Assembly: GCA_964016885.1 (NCBI GenBank)
Contig: OZ024750.1
Span: 34,844,001-34,908,000 of the forward strand
Source: Eledone cirrhosa
Taxonomy: Eukaryota
DNA: 64,000 nucleotides
Direction of reading: 5' to 3'
The notes below the pieces were generated by a model. It was given only the letters and a program-made list of their open reading frames with translations, was not told where the DNA came from and did no database searches. Every line of letters starts with the position of its first letter. Position 1 is the first letter of the stretch. Below are positions 1 to 9,021 of the stretch, one piece after another. A program made the translations under genes and the position numbers.

Positions 1-213
1 TACTTACCCCCTCCCTCCTGTAGTACCAGACATGTGGTGGAATCAATTGAACTAACAATACTTACCCCCTCCCCCCTGTAGTACCAGACATGTGGTGGAA
101 TCAATTGAACTAACAATACTTACCCCCTCCCTCCTGTAGTACCAGACATGTGGTGGGATCAATTGAACTAACAATACTTACCCCCTCCCTCCTGTAGTAC
201 CAGACATGTGGTG
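1..213. repeat. 58-bp tandem repeat, at least 3.7 copies, probably truncated by the window start
   Basis: Unit tacttaccccctccctcctgtagtaccagacatgtggtggaatcaattgaactaacaa recurs at 1, 59, 117 and 175 with single substitutions. Confidence 0.95.
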
Positions 214-258
214 AGAAGAAGAAGAAGAAGAAGAAGAAGAAGAAGAAGAAGAAGAAGA
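214..258. repeat. (AAG)n microsatellite
   Basis: About 14-15 perfect AAG/GAA units, seen directly. Confidence 0.95.
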
Positions 259-475
259 TATGATACAAAAATATGAAATAAAAACTGACCAGGAGTTGGA
301 TTAGACTAACAACACTTCTTGTTTGATATTTTAACCCTTTAACATTTAAACCGGCTGTATCTGGTCAGAATTCCCTCACCTCTTTCTGTTCAAATCAGCT
401 GTAACTGACCACTCATACTTATATTAAGGCATTGTTCTCAAAATAAATAATATTAAAATCTTATAGATTCTATAT

Positions 476-898
476 TATGTGAGATATTTTTGTGAGGTAA
501 AGCCTTTACTGTGAAAATACAATAGTATATATAGAGTAATGTAAATGTTATGTGAGATAATTTTGTGAGGTAAAGCCTTTACTGTGAAAATACAATAGTA
601 TATATAGAGTAATGTAAATGTTATGTGAGATATTATGTGAGGTAAAGCCTTTACTGTGAAAATACAATAGTATATATAGAGTAATGTAAATGTTATGTGA
701 GATATTATGTGAGGTAAAGCCTTTACTGTGAAAATACAATAGTATATATAGAGTAATGTAAATGTTATGTGAGATATTATGTGAGGTAAAGCCTTTACCA
801 TGAAAATACAATAGTATATATAGAGTAATGTAAATGTTATGTGAGATATTATGTGAGGTAAAGCCTTTACCATGAAAATACAATAGTATATATAGAGT
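476..898. repeat. 72-bp minisatellite, left arm (~5.9 units)
   Basis: Unit gttatgtgagatattatgtgaggtaaagcctttac(tg/ca)tgaaaatacaatagtatatatagagtaatgtaaat. The 24-aa periodicity in the ORF track confirms a 72-bp period. Confidence 0.97.
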
Positions 899-904
899 GG
901 TTTC

Positions 905-910
905 TTTATT
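905..910 (-). promoter_or_regulatory. Polyadenylation signal of the retrotransposon
   Basis: AATAAA on the minus strand, 6 nt before the 3' junction with the minisatellite. Confidence 0.6.
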
Positions 911-1135
911 TGCCATTAGGGCACAAAAGGTAGGGACAGATACAAGGGGGGAAGTTTACATATAATTAACGAGTACAAAGATATAACAATGAAATAACAA
1001 CAACAAACGAAGTCCTCAATAGGGAGGGGGCATTAACATGGGTCGCACACACCCCGGAAAAAATGTGCAACCCTTCTCCTCAGGAGCACAAAGAGTAGGT
1101 GCTTCCCTCGTCTCCTCTTTTTCCTCTTCTTTCAC

Positions 1136-4100
1136 CTACAGGCTGATATAGAGAGAAGACCCATTCACTCTGGCCATTCTCCCTACTTTCACCCACCTTT
1201 CATAAAATTTGCTGGGGTAGAGCACCTCTCTCTCCATTCTGATCCTTCTTTTAAAATGGTATTTGAAAAAGGGGACCAGTTGTTGGCCGGAGAGAAAGGT
1301 GTCTGACCTCAGCCCTTTCAGCCTCGTCCACCATACAACTTCTTTAGCCATGGCTATCACACAGAGAAAAACCGCTTCTCCTTCGTTTTTGAAAGGGGGA
1401 GGCGGTTTGATCGTGACAATGGACTCGGTGGTCAACCGGATTGGTCCCACCCTCGACAGTAGTCGTTCCACATAGCCCCACAGGTCAGCAATGCCTGGGC
1501 AGTGTACGAATGCGTGCGCAACGGTTTCGTCATCATGCACGCATCTCGGACAGATCTTATTCAAAGGATCTCTACCCAGGCTCCCATGCCTGTGGAGCTT
1601 GTCTCGAACGGGTAGAGCCCCTCGGTAGCACTGCCAAGCCAGGGACTTTTGGAAGTTGTCCATCGGTCCAGGGCCAAACGTCCTACCGAACAGACTGGCC
1701 AGTTCATCTTCCTCCATGCCTAGAGCTTCTCCGAGAGCATCGTCGCACCTGCTGCGTACCAACCCTCTATAGAATGTCGACGTGGAGTCTCCACTGATTG
1801 CCGGGTCCGCTTTCCAGAGGACCGTGAGCGCCTGGGCACATTCAATGTGCCAGTCGCCCACTTTTCTCGGTCTTTGCTTGACCCAGGATTGCAGCTCGGT
1901 GAGCGAGACGAGTCTGGGAAAGGCTCGCCTCACAAACGGGGCCCACACCGGTTGACCGGTGAGGAATACCTGGAGGTGCCGTAGCCTTAATGCGTGTTTA
2001 CGCATCTGTAGCCACGGCATCCCCAGCCCTCCTTTCGAAGGGTGTTGACAGCAGATGGATCTCCTCACCAAAGGGGTCCGCTTGTTCCAAAGAAATTGGA
2101 ACAGCGCGCACTCCATTTTGGCGAGTCTTTTCACTGGGCAAGGCACGACGGTCAAGCGGTAGTAGATGACGGATGCTATATAAGTATTCGCCACCTCCGC
2201 TCGACCTTTCAGGGATAGTTTGCACTGGGCCCACTTCTGGGTGAGTGCAAACACCCTGGCCGTTACCTCATTCCAGTTTTTCTCCACCTGGAGGTCTGGT
2301 CCGAACCAGACCCCAAGCAGCTTCACCGGGCCCTCCGTCCAGCGTCCGACGACGTCGTTGGAGGGCATCGGTTTGCCTCTCCATATTCCGAGTTGCAAAC
2401 CGACGGACTTGTCCCGGTTCAGCTTGGCTCCTGTAAACCTTTCATATTCCTCCAGTAAGGTGCCGATCTCACCGATTTGCGAGGTTTTCGACACCATTAC
2501 TGTCACGTCATCGGCGTAGGCCGACGCCGCTTTCTGCAATCCCGGTTCCAAAGAGATGCCCTGCAACCGCTCCAACTTCCGCAGTAGTGGCTCAAGAGCC
2601 AGCACATACAGTAGGGAGGAGAGAGGGCATCCCTGTCGGATGGATCGCATGATTTGGAACGGCTCCGAGAGGTGGCCGTTCACCTTGACCCTTGAGCAGA
2701 CGTTGCTGCTGTGCATCGCAGCAATCCAACCCCTGAAAACGGGTCCGAAGCCTGCCGCCGCGAGCACCGCATCCAGGTAACGATGGTCAACTCTATCGAA
2801 AGCTTTAGATTGATCCAAGTTGATCAGGGCCCCACCAAAGCCGGGTTCATTCCCTACCCTCTCTATGATGTATCGCATAAGGTGGAGATTGTCGTGAATG
2901 GACCTGGACGGGATTGCGCATGTCTGCGCTTCTCCCACCAGGTTTCCAACGACAAGCGCCAACCTCTTCGCTAACACCTTGGCCAAAATCTTTAACTCTG
3001 TATTTAGCAGAGTTATGGGCCTGAAGTTACTTATGTCATCCCCCTTGTTCTCATCCTTCCTCACCAGCGTAACTACGCCCTTGGTCACAGAACTGGGAAT
3101 TCTCCCGTTCTGCTGCCAGTTGCAGTAGACCGCTTCGAGGATATCGGAGAACAAGTCCGGCATCGCTACATATAGCTCGTATGGTAGACCATCGAGACCC
3201 GGGGATTTGCGTTTGCCGCATTGGCTCAGCGCCGCCTCTATCTCAGCAGCTGAAATCGTCCTTTCGCAGGACTTCGCCTCCGCGTCCGAGAGGCGCGGCA
3301 GACCGTCGAGGTATGGATTGAAATCCATAGTCTCACCCGGCGCGCCGCCCCTCTCGAACAGTCGTGCAAAGTGCCGCTGAAAGGCCGCACACATCTGCCC
3401 AGGTTCAAGGATCACACGCCCATCCTGGTCCTTCAAAGACCGAATCGTGGACTTGTTCCCACTTTTTGCCTCTGTCACTCGGGCCCAGCTCACAGCTTTG
3501 GCTCCCTCATTACCCAGAGCACGTATTTTACTCCTGACAACGCAGCCTTCATGCTTCACCTCAAAGAACTGGTCTAAGGCCATTCTTGATGCCAGCACGC
3601 CGGCTACATTGCCACTCCTAATCGCCTCTTCTACTCTATCTACTAATTCCCTTTCCGTCTTGTTCCTATCCCTTGCTAATTCCTGACTAAAACCTATCGA
3701 TTCTATTCTAATTGCTCTCTTAAGAGAGCTCCACCACCTGTTGTTGACAATTGCCCCTGTCAAACTCTGCTTAACTAACGTGCTAATCCGTTTACTGTAA
3801 GCTTTGCTTCTCGGTAAGGACAAGTTCAGCTTCCAGTAACCGGGTCCCTGTCTATGGGTTCTATCAAGGTTGGCTATGCAGGTCACTAACTTGTGATCCG
3901 AATAGTCAACCATGAACATTTTTGGACAGCTAAATGTGTCCCTATCGTTCTCTCTAACTAGGACCCTATCTAGGTACGACCTAGATGTTCCACTGCGATT
4001 GGTCCACGTCCATAGTGGTACAGTCGGAAAATCTAGTCGATATCTATCGGCCAGGTCAAATCGGCCGATTAACCTTTTGAGGCTTTTACACCCCCCTCTA

Positions 4101-4573
4101 TTGGCACATGCCCCTACATAGTCCCAACGTGCATCCAGGATACCATTCCAGTCCCCCACTAAAAGCAAGGAGCGGGACGTTCCCAGAAAAGTTTCCAGAC
4201 GTTGGAAGTATTCCGGCCGCGCTGCCCAAAAAGGGGCGTACACAGCTATTAGTCTAAGGGCTCCACTTTCACTACTGCCGACGTCTAAAACCACCAGTCG
4301 ACCCTCCGGGTCCAGGTGCACCTTCTGTATGGCGAGGCCCAGGTGTTTTCGCAGCAGAACGACAACTCCACCCCCACCCCCCGGTTGACAGAGAGATGCG
4401 AAGATCTCAAAGTCGTCGAAGAGGGGCGCCAGTTGGTGCTCGCTGCTGATCCTGGACTCGCAAATAGCCATTACATCCATTCTATGCGACCTGAGATCGT
4501 TTAAAAGTTTGCCTTGTTTCCAAGACAGTCCCAGGCCACGTACATTCAGACACCCAACTCTTATATCAGCCAT
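1136..4573 (-). CDS. ORF2 polyprotein: AP-like endonuclease, reverse transcriptase and C-terminal CCHC zinc finger (1145 aa)
   Basis: APE motifs GCLNVRGL, VYAP, GDWN, SYLDR, SDH. RT motifs KSPGLDG, FRPITLLN, DQSKAFDRV, RQGCPLS, YADD. C-terminal CPRC-x8-H-x4-C. The frame is uninterrupted and starts with ATG. Confidence 0.97.
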   Translation of the reverse strand: MADIRVGCLNVRGLGLSWKQGKLLNDLRSHRMDVMAICESRISSEHQLAPLFDDFEIFASLCQPGGGGGVVVLLRKHLGLAIQKVHLDPEGRLVVLDVGSSESGALRLIAVYAPFWAARPEYFQRLETFLGTSRSLLLVGDWNGILDARWDYVGACANRGGCKSLKRLIGRFDLADRYRLDFPTVPLWTWTNRSGTSRSYLDRVLVRENDRDTFSCPKMFMVDYSDHKLVTCIANLDRTHRQGPGYWKLNLSLPRSKAYSKRISTLVKQSLTGAIVNNRWWSSLKRAIRIESIGFSQELARDRNKTERELVDRVEEAIRSGNVAGVLASRMALDQFFEVKHEGCVVRSKIRALGNEGAKAVSWARVTEAKSGNKSTIRSLKDQDGRVILEPGQMCAAFQRHFARLFERGGAPGETMDFNPYLDGLPRLSDAEAKSCERTISAAEIEAALSQCGKRKSPGLDGLPYELYVAMPDLFSDILEAVYCNWQQNGRIPSSVTKGVVTLVRKDENKGDDISNFRPITLLNTELKILAKVLAKRLALVVGNLVGEAQTCAIPSRSIHDNLHLMRYIIERVGNEPGFGGALINLDQSKAFDRVDHRYLDAVLAAAGFGPVFRGWIAAMHSSNVCSRVKVNGHLSEPFQIMRSIRQGCPLSSLLYVLALEPLLRKLERLQGISLEPGLQKAASAYADDVTVMVSKTSQIGEIGTLLEEYERFTGAKLNRDKSVGLQLGIWRGKPMPSNDVVGRWTEGPVKLLGVWFGPDLQVEKNWNEVTARVFALTQKWAQCKLSLKGRAEVANTYIASVIYYRLTVVPCPVKRLAKMECALFQFLWNKRTPLVRRSICCQHPSKGGLGMPWLQMRKHALRLRHLQVFLTGQPVWAPFVRRAFPRLVSLTELQSWVKQRPRKVGDWHIECAQALTVLWKADPAISGDSTSTFYRGLVRSRCDDALGEALGMEEDELASLFGRTFGPGPMDNFQKSLAWQCYRGALPVRDKLHRHGSLGRDPLNKICPRCVHDDETVAHAFVHCPGIADLWGYVERLLSRVGPIRLTTESIVTIKPPPPFKNEGEAVFLCVIAMAKEVVWWTRLKGLRSDTFLSGQQLVPFFKYHFKRRIRMEREVLYPSKFYERWVKVGRMARVNGSSLYISL

Positions 4574-4594
4574 GTTGGTTAAAAGAGGAAGGAC

Positions 4595-6318
4595 CTACCT
4601 GTTCGGCTCCTGAGGAGCAGGTTGCACAATATCCATGGGCGTATTGGAGGGGTTGTTTGGTGGGGTGTTGTTCTGTGGTGGAGTGGGGGTGTTTGGTGAG
4701 GTGTGGGTGGGGAAACGTTTCAAGAGGACGCGGTTATAGGGTCGAGTACATGTTTTCCCCACGTCCTCAGGAAAGTTCTCTCTTAGTTTTGCATAGGTGT
4801 CCATTGGGAGTCTTATCATTTTTAAATGCGGTTTGTTGGCCGCGCTTGCAAAGAATTGCCCTTCAGTTTCCACCGAAGGGTCTTTGTGTATTGTTTTTAC
4901 TAGTTCTTTGTTATTTGTGTTAATGTATGTATACTGTTTTATTTGTGTTGTGTTTGTTTGTTGTTCTTGTGTGTGCTTACGTTTTGTTGTATGTGTTATG
5001 TTTTGGGGTGGGGCGGATTTTGTTTGTTCTGTTTGTTTTGTTTTTGTTGGTGGTTGTGTGTTTGTTTCGTTTATGTTCGAGTGGTGCTTTCTTTTTTTCC
5101 TTTTTACAGGTTGGAAGGGTTCCCCCTCTTCGTCACTAGGTGCCGTTTCCGCTGGGTCCTCGTCCGTGCTGTCGGGTAGTGGTGTATTTTGGGGTTTTGT
5201 TGTATTTGTGTGTGTTTTGGGAGTTGTTTTGGGTGGGGCCGTGTCTTGTGTTATTTTTCCCTGTTGTTTTTGTTGTTGTTGTGGTGGTGGTGGTGGAGGT
5301 GGTGGTGGTGGTGTGTGGGGTGTAGGCAAAAGAGCCTTTTTTTTGTCAATTGAGGACAAGCAGCCCTTAGATGACCCCTGCTTGAACAGTAGTAACATAT
5401 GGGCCTCCTACCCTCGGCTGAAATATATATAAATGTTTCTCCATCGAGGGACACCCTCTGTGGTATTCTAGCTATTCGTTCTGGTCTCATTTGGACCAGA
5501 ACCTCCACGCTCAAACCGCCGAAAACGTCTGTGGTGACTTCTCCTACTGAGAGGATTCCGTCCTCGTCTTCTAAAAATCCTGTTAGTACCCAGGAAATGC
5601 ATGCATTTGGCCGGATTCCGGAGACCCTTATCTTCTGCGTTCTTTTCCCTAAATATGTGGGGAAAAATGTATGTAGCTTGGAAACAATTGGTGCCACAGA
5701 GTATTTCCTGGCCGTCAATTGATCCTTCATTAGGACCGTTATATTCCCATAGAGTGGCCCTTTTTGTATGAACGATATATCACTCCACACATTTTTTAGG
5801 ACCAGCTCAATCTCTTTTTGGGATAATTGAGTTGGTTTCCTTGTTATGTTGGAAATTATTCTGAAAGATATCGTTCTTAGCGTCGTGTCTCTTTTGATTT
5901 CTTGTGGGGAGGTGATTGTGAAGTCTCCTCCTTCTTTGAAAGTTACATAATGTTTCGCTTCCTTCATCTTTTCTCTCAGAGTTGTAATGTCCAGTTGCTT
6001 GCAGGTTTGTGTTTTCCGGACCGCCTGTGCAAAGGAGGTACCAGTAGTGGGTTCGCTTTGTTTGGTGTTATCGTTATTTTTTCCTTGGTTGGTGTTGTGA
6101 CTATTGCTGTTATTGTCGTTGTTGTTTTTGTCTGCGTTTATGTGACTTTCTGGGTTTTCACCCATTTTTACAAATTTTTCTTTTAATTCCGTGTTCCATG
6201 TTTCTTTTGCAGAAGTCAGGAGGGAAGACTTAGAGCCTTGTGCTTCTAGCTTCTCTGTATCACCTTTCTTAGGGGGCGTGGCTTTCACGTTAGGATGAGA
6301 TGTGAAAATTCCGTCCAT
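4595..6318 (-). CDS. ORF1 nucleic-acid-binding (gag-like) protein, ~574 aa when joined across a -1 frameshift in the A8 run at 5337-5344
   Basis: First ATG at 6318 (MDGIFTSH; the track start at 6411 is TTG). SFAQAV motif and CX2CX4HX4C knuckle CYYCSSRGHLRAAC. Continuation in the 4595..5398 frame is Pro/Thr/Gln-rich with FQPVKRKKRK and ends 21 nt before the ORF2 ATG. One extra A joins the two frames. Confidence 0.85.
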
Positions 6319-6528
6319 TTCTATTAGTTTGCTGTAATAAGTTTTTAACTGGAAAATTCGCCCCCAAAAGGGGCGAAAATAAATAAACTCAAAGTTTGAC
6401 GACCAAGGCAAGGGGTTAACGTATATTACAGTATAAAAAAATTAATCAAAACTCACTTTTGAGTAAGTAAATCCGACTCGGTAGCCGAGCTTGTTCACAC
6501 ACGTCAACACACGTCTCTCGTATACGAG

Positions 6529-7323
6529 ATGTTATGTGAGATATTATGTGAGGTAAAGCCTTTACTGTGAAAATACAATAGTATATATAGAGTAATGTAA
6601 ATGTTATGTGAGATATTATGTGAGGTAAAGCCTTTACCATGAAAATACAATAGTATATATAGAGTAATGTAAATGTTATGTGAGATATTATGTGAGGTAA
6701 AGCCTTTACCATGAAAATACAATAGTATATATAGAGTAATGTAAATGTTATGTGAGATATTATGTGAGGTAAAGCCTTTACCATGAAAATACAATAGTAT
6801 ATATAGAGTAATATAAATGTTATGTGAGATATTATGTGAGGTAAAGCCTTTACCATGAAAATACAATAGTATATATAGAGTAATGTAAATGTTATGTGAG
6901 ATATTATGTGAGGTAAAGCCTTTACCATGAAAATACAATAGTATATATAGAGTAATGTAAATGTTATGTGAGATATTATGTGAGGTAAAGCCTTTACCAT
7001 GAAAATACAATAGTATATATAGAGTAATGTAAATGTTATGTGAGATATTATGTGAGGTAAAGTCTTTACTGTGAAAATACAATAGTATATATAGAGTAAT
7101 GTAAATGTTATGTGAGATATTATGTGAGGTAAAGCCTTTACTGTGAAAATACAATAGTATATATAGAGTAATGTAAATGTTATGTGGGATATTATGTGAG
7201 GTAAAGCCTTTACTGTGAAAATACAATAGTATATATAGAGTAATGTAAATGTTATGTGAGATATTATGTGAGGTAAAGCCTTTACTGAGAAAATACAATA
7301 GTATATATAGAGTAATGTAAATG
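6529..7323. repeat. 72-bp minisatellite, right arm (~11 units)
   Basis: Same unit as 476-898, with near-identical copies. Confidence 0.97.
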
Positions 7324-7424
7324 CTAAATGCTTAAGCTGACTTTCATGACATCATTTGTTATAGAAAACTAAGATATGACTAGAATAGACAAGAAAACGG
7401 GGAATAGTATAAATATATCATATA

Positions 7425-7592
7425 CCATATTTCCTGGCGCTGAAGACACTTCATCCTCGAGGACGCACTCTAATTTTGACAATCAAAAATTTGAAAAAAA
7501 ATAATAAACAACCTTCGGCCTCTAGGGCACATGATAGATTTTTGAGACTTATTTTAGGAAAACAGTAGCGTCTTCAGCGCCGGGAAATACGG
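7425..7592. mobile_element. MITE with ~25-bp terminal inverted repeats, Tc1/mariner-like
   Basis: TA|CCATATTTCCTGGCGCTGAAGACAC ... GCGTCTTCAGCGCCGGGAAATACGG|TC. The TIRs match with 3 mismatches; TA on the left, degenerate TC on the right. Confidence 0.75.
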
Positions 7593-7821
7593 TCACTTAA
7601 TGAAAACAACAACAAAAAACTTTAAAATAGATTAATAAATGAAATAACCAGTTTTCTCTGATTTCCTTATATTCTGATGAAGGGAATTTTAAGTCGTGAA
7701 ATATTAAGACAAAAGAAACAACAAAAACAAAGAAAGATTACCAGGTAACTAAATTTTTAGTTACTGTAATCTTATTGTTCATTTTGCATTATTTAGACAT
7801 ATACCTTTCCACATTATATAA

Positions 7822-8553
7822 TCGATATATATAAAACAGAGAATGTCTGTCTGTTTATCTGCCTGTCTGACTCCCTAAAACTCAAGAACCACCCAACCCA
7901 TTGTTTTCAAATTTACACATGTAATACTTATGGTCGTGTGAGTGTTTTAAGCAAAAACAATTTCAAATTTTCAATGCCCTAGGGACCGCATTAGGCGCCG
8001 GTAACATCGCGCCCTTATAATATCTGTCTGCATTATGACATTATCTGTGTGTGTGTGTATATATGTATATATAGTGTATATATATATATATATATATAGT
8101 GTGTATATATATATATATATAGTGTGTAACGTTTTTCGAAATATTTACTTCTGAGTTCACAGATTAATTTTTTTTAGTTTCAGAAAATCCCGGTAAGGAT
8201 GAAAGCAGCGATTCTTCACTTAATCTTTAATCTGTTATTTTAATATATATATATATAATTATATATTCGTGTACAGATATTTTTGCATACACAATAACAA
8301 AATATAAACAAACGTATTTATTTCACGAGGCTCGACAGCAGCAAAAACAACAACAAAAAAGAGACGGAACGCAATTACATGCTTTTAAAAAATCTTAATT
8401 GAAAATTATTTGCCTATTCACCCAAAGCGACTTCATTTTTTATTAGGACTTCTGCATCAATTGCTGAACATACAACACAACTGTTTCAGAAAGGAGGAAT
8501 AACCATGCCAATCTATGTTTAGAATCCCGAGCAATGCCAGGCCATTCTGCTAG
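7822..8553 (+). mobile_element. Non-autonomous Helitron-like element
   Basis: 5' A|TCGATATATATAAAA followed by (GTCT)-like repeats. 3' degenerate GC hairpin CCCGAGCAATGCCAGG about 8 nt before CTAG|T. It sits between A and T with no TSD, the canonical Helitron end structure. Confidence 0.7.
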
Positions 8554-8605
8554 TATATTATACAATGCTTCAAGCAGACGACAACATTTTATTAAATGAA
8601 ATAAT

Positions 8606-8787
8606 TGTTTCTACTATGGGCACAAGGCCAGATATTACACAGTACATTACTGGTACTTTATTTTATCGACCCCGTAAGGATGAAAGGCAAAGTTAACCTC
8701 GGCGGAATTTGAACTCAGAATGGCAAGGGCCGTAACTCTATGCGTCAAAGCATGGCGTCCGACCCTCTACCGATACTGCCAATCCAC
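8606..8787 (-). mobile_element. tRNA-derived SINE, copy 1
   Basis: Minus strand reads ggattggcagtatcggtag (A-box-like), then GAGTTCAAATTCC (B-box), then ctttcatccttacggggtcgataaaataaagtaccag. Homologous to three other copies in the window. Confidence 0.8.
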
Positions 8788-8794
8788 GGTTTAT

Positions 8795-9004
8795 GATTTA
8801 GACACAAGGCCAACAATTTTGGGGGAGGGAAAAAGTTGTTTAAATCGACTTCAGTGCATTACTGGTACTTTATTTTATGGACCCGCTTAAGGATGAAAGG
8901 TAAAGTTAACCTCAGTGGGATTTCAACTCAGAACGTAAAGAGCCATAGCTCTATGCTACAAAGCATGGTGTCTGGCACTCTACCAATACTGCCAATCTAC
9001 CGCC
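8795..9004 (-). mobile_element. tRNA-derived SINE, copy 2
   Basis: Same family as copy 1 and more diverged; it retains the ttcccctccccc..aaatt internal segment. Confidence 0.78.
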
Positions 9005-9021
9005 AATTAGATAATATTATT

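Larger units (their letters stand above)
899..6528 (-). mobile_element. Apparently full-length non-LTR retrotransposon, L1 group, probably Tx1 clade (~5.63 kb)
   Basis: It interrupts the 72-bp array. It has a ~210-bp 5'UTR, a zinc-knuckle ORF1, a 21-nt spacer, an APE-RT-CCHC ORF2 and a ~237-bp 3'UTR ending AATAAAGAAACC. It is GC-richer than the flanks. Tx1 is inferred from the motifs (GPGYWKLN, FRPITLLN, DQSKAFDRV, ORF1 CCHC knuckle), not from a tree. Confidence 0.92.
335..7331. mobile_element. Degenerate TTAA-flanked (piggyBac-like) MITE hosting the 72-bp minisatellite and the retrotransposon
   Basis: Left end TTAA|CCCTTTAACATTT (331-347). Right end AAATGCTAAATGC|TTAA (7319-7335) matches the reverse complement of the left end with 3 mismatches in 17. 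A TTAA duplication and CCC terminus are piggyBac-superfamily hallmarks. Confidence 0.55.

Noticed and set aside
55-70. ATACTTACC resembling the U1 snRNA 5' end
   Set aside because: The similarity stops after 9 nt; there is no U1 body or Sm site.
1263-6186. Plus-strand ORFs antisense to ORF1 and ORF2, such as 4797..5432
   Set aside because: Shadow frames of GC-rich or low-complexity coding sequence with no recognisable motifs.
834-6593. 65-bp target-site duplication around the retrotransposon
   Set aside because: The apparent duplication is just array periodicity; the two flanking units differ (ccatg vs ctgtg).
475-7298. ORFs 475..873, 548..916, 6446..7000 and 6504..7298 with 24-aa repeats
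   Set aside because: Stop-free frames of the 72-bp minisatellite. Two overlapping frames are open and there is no evidence of coding.
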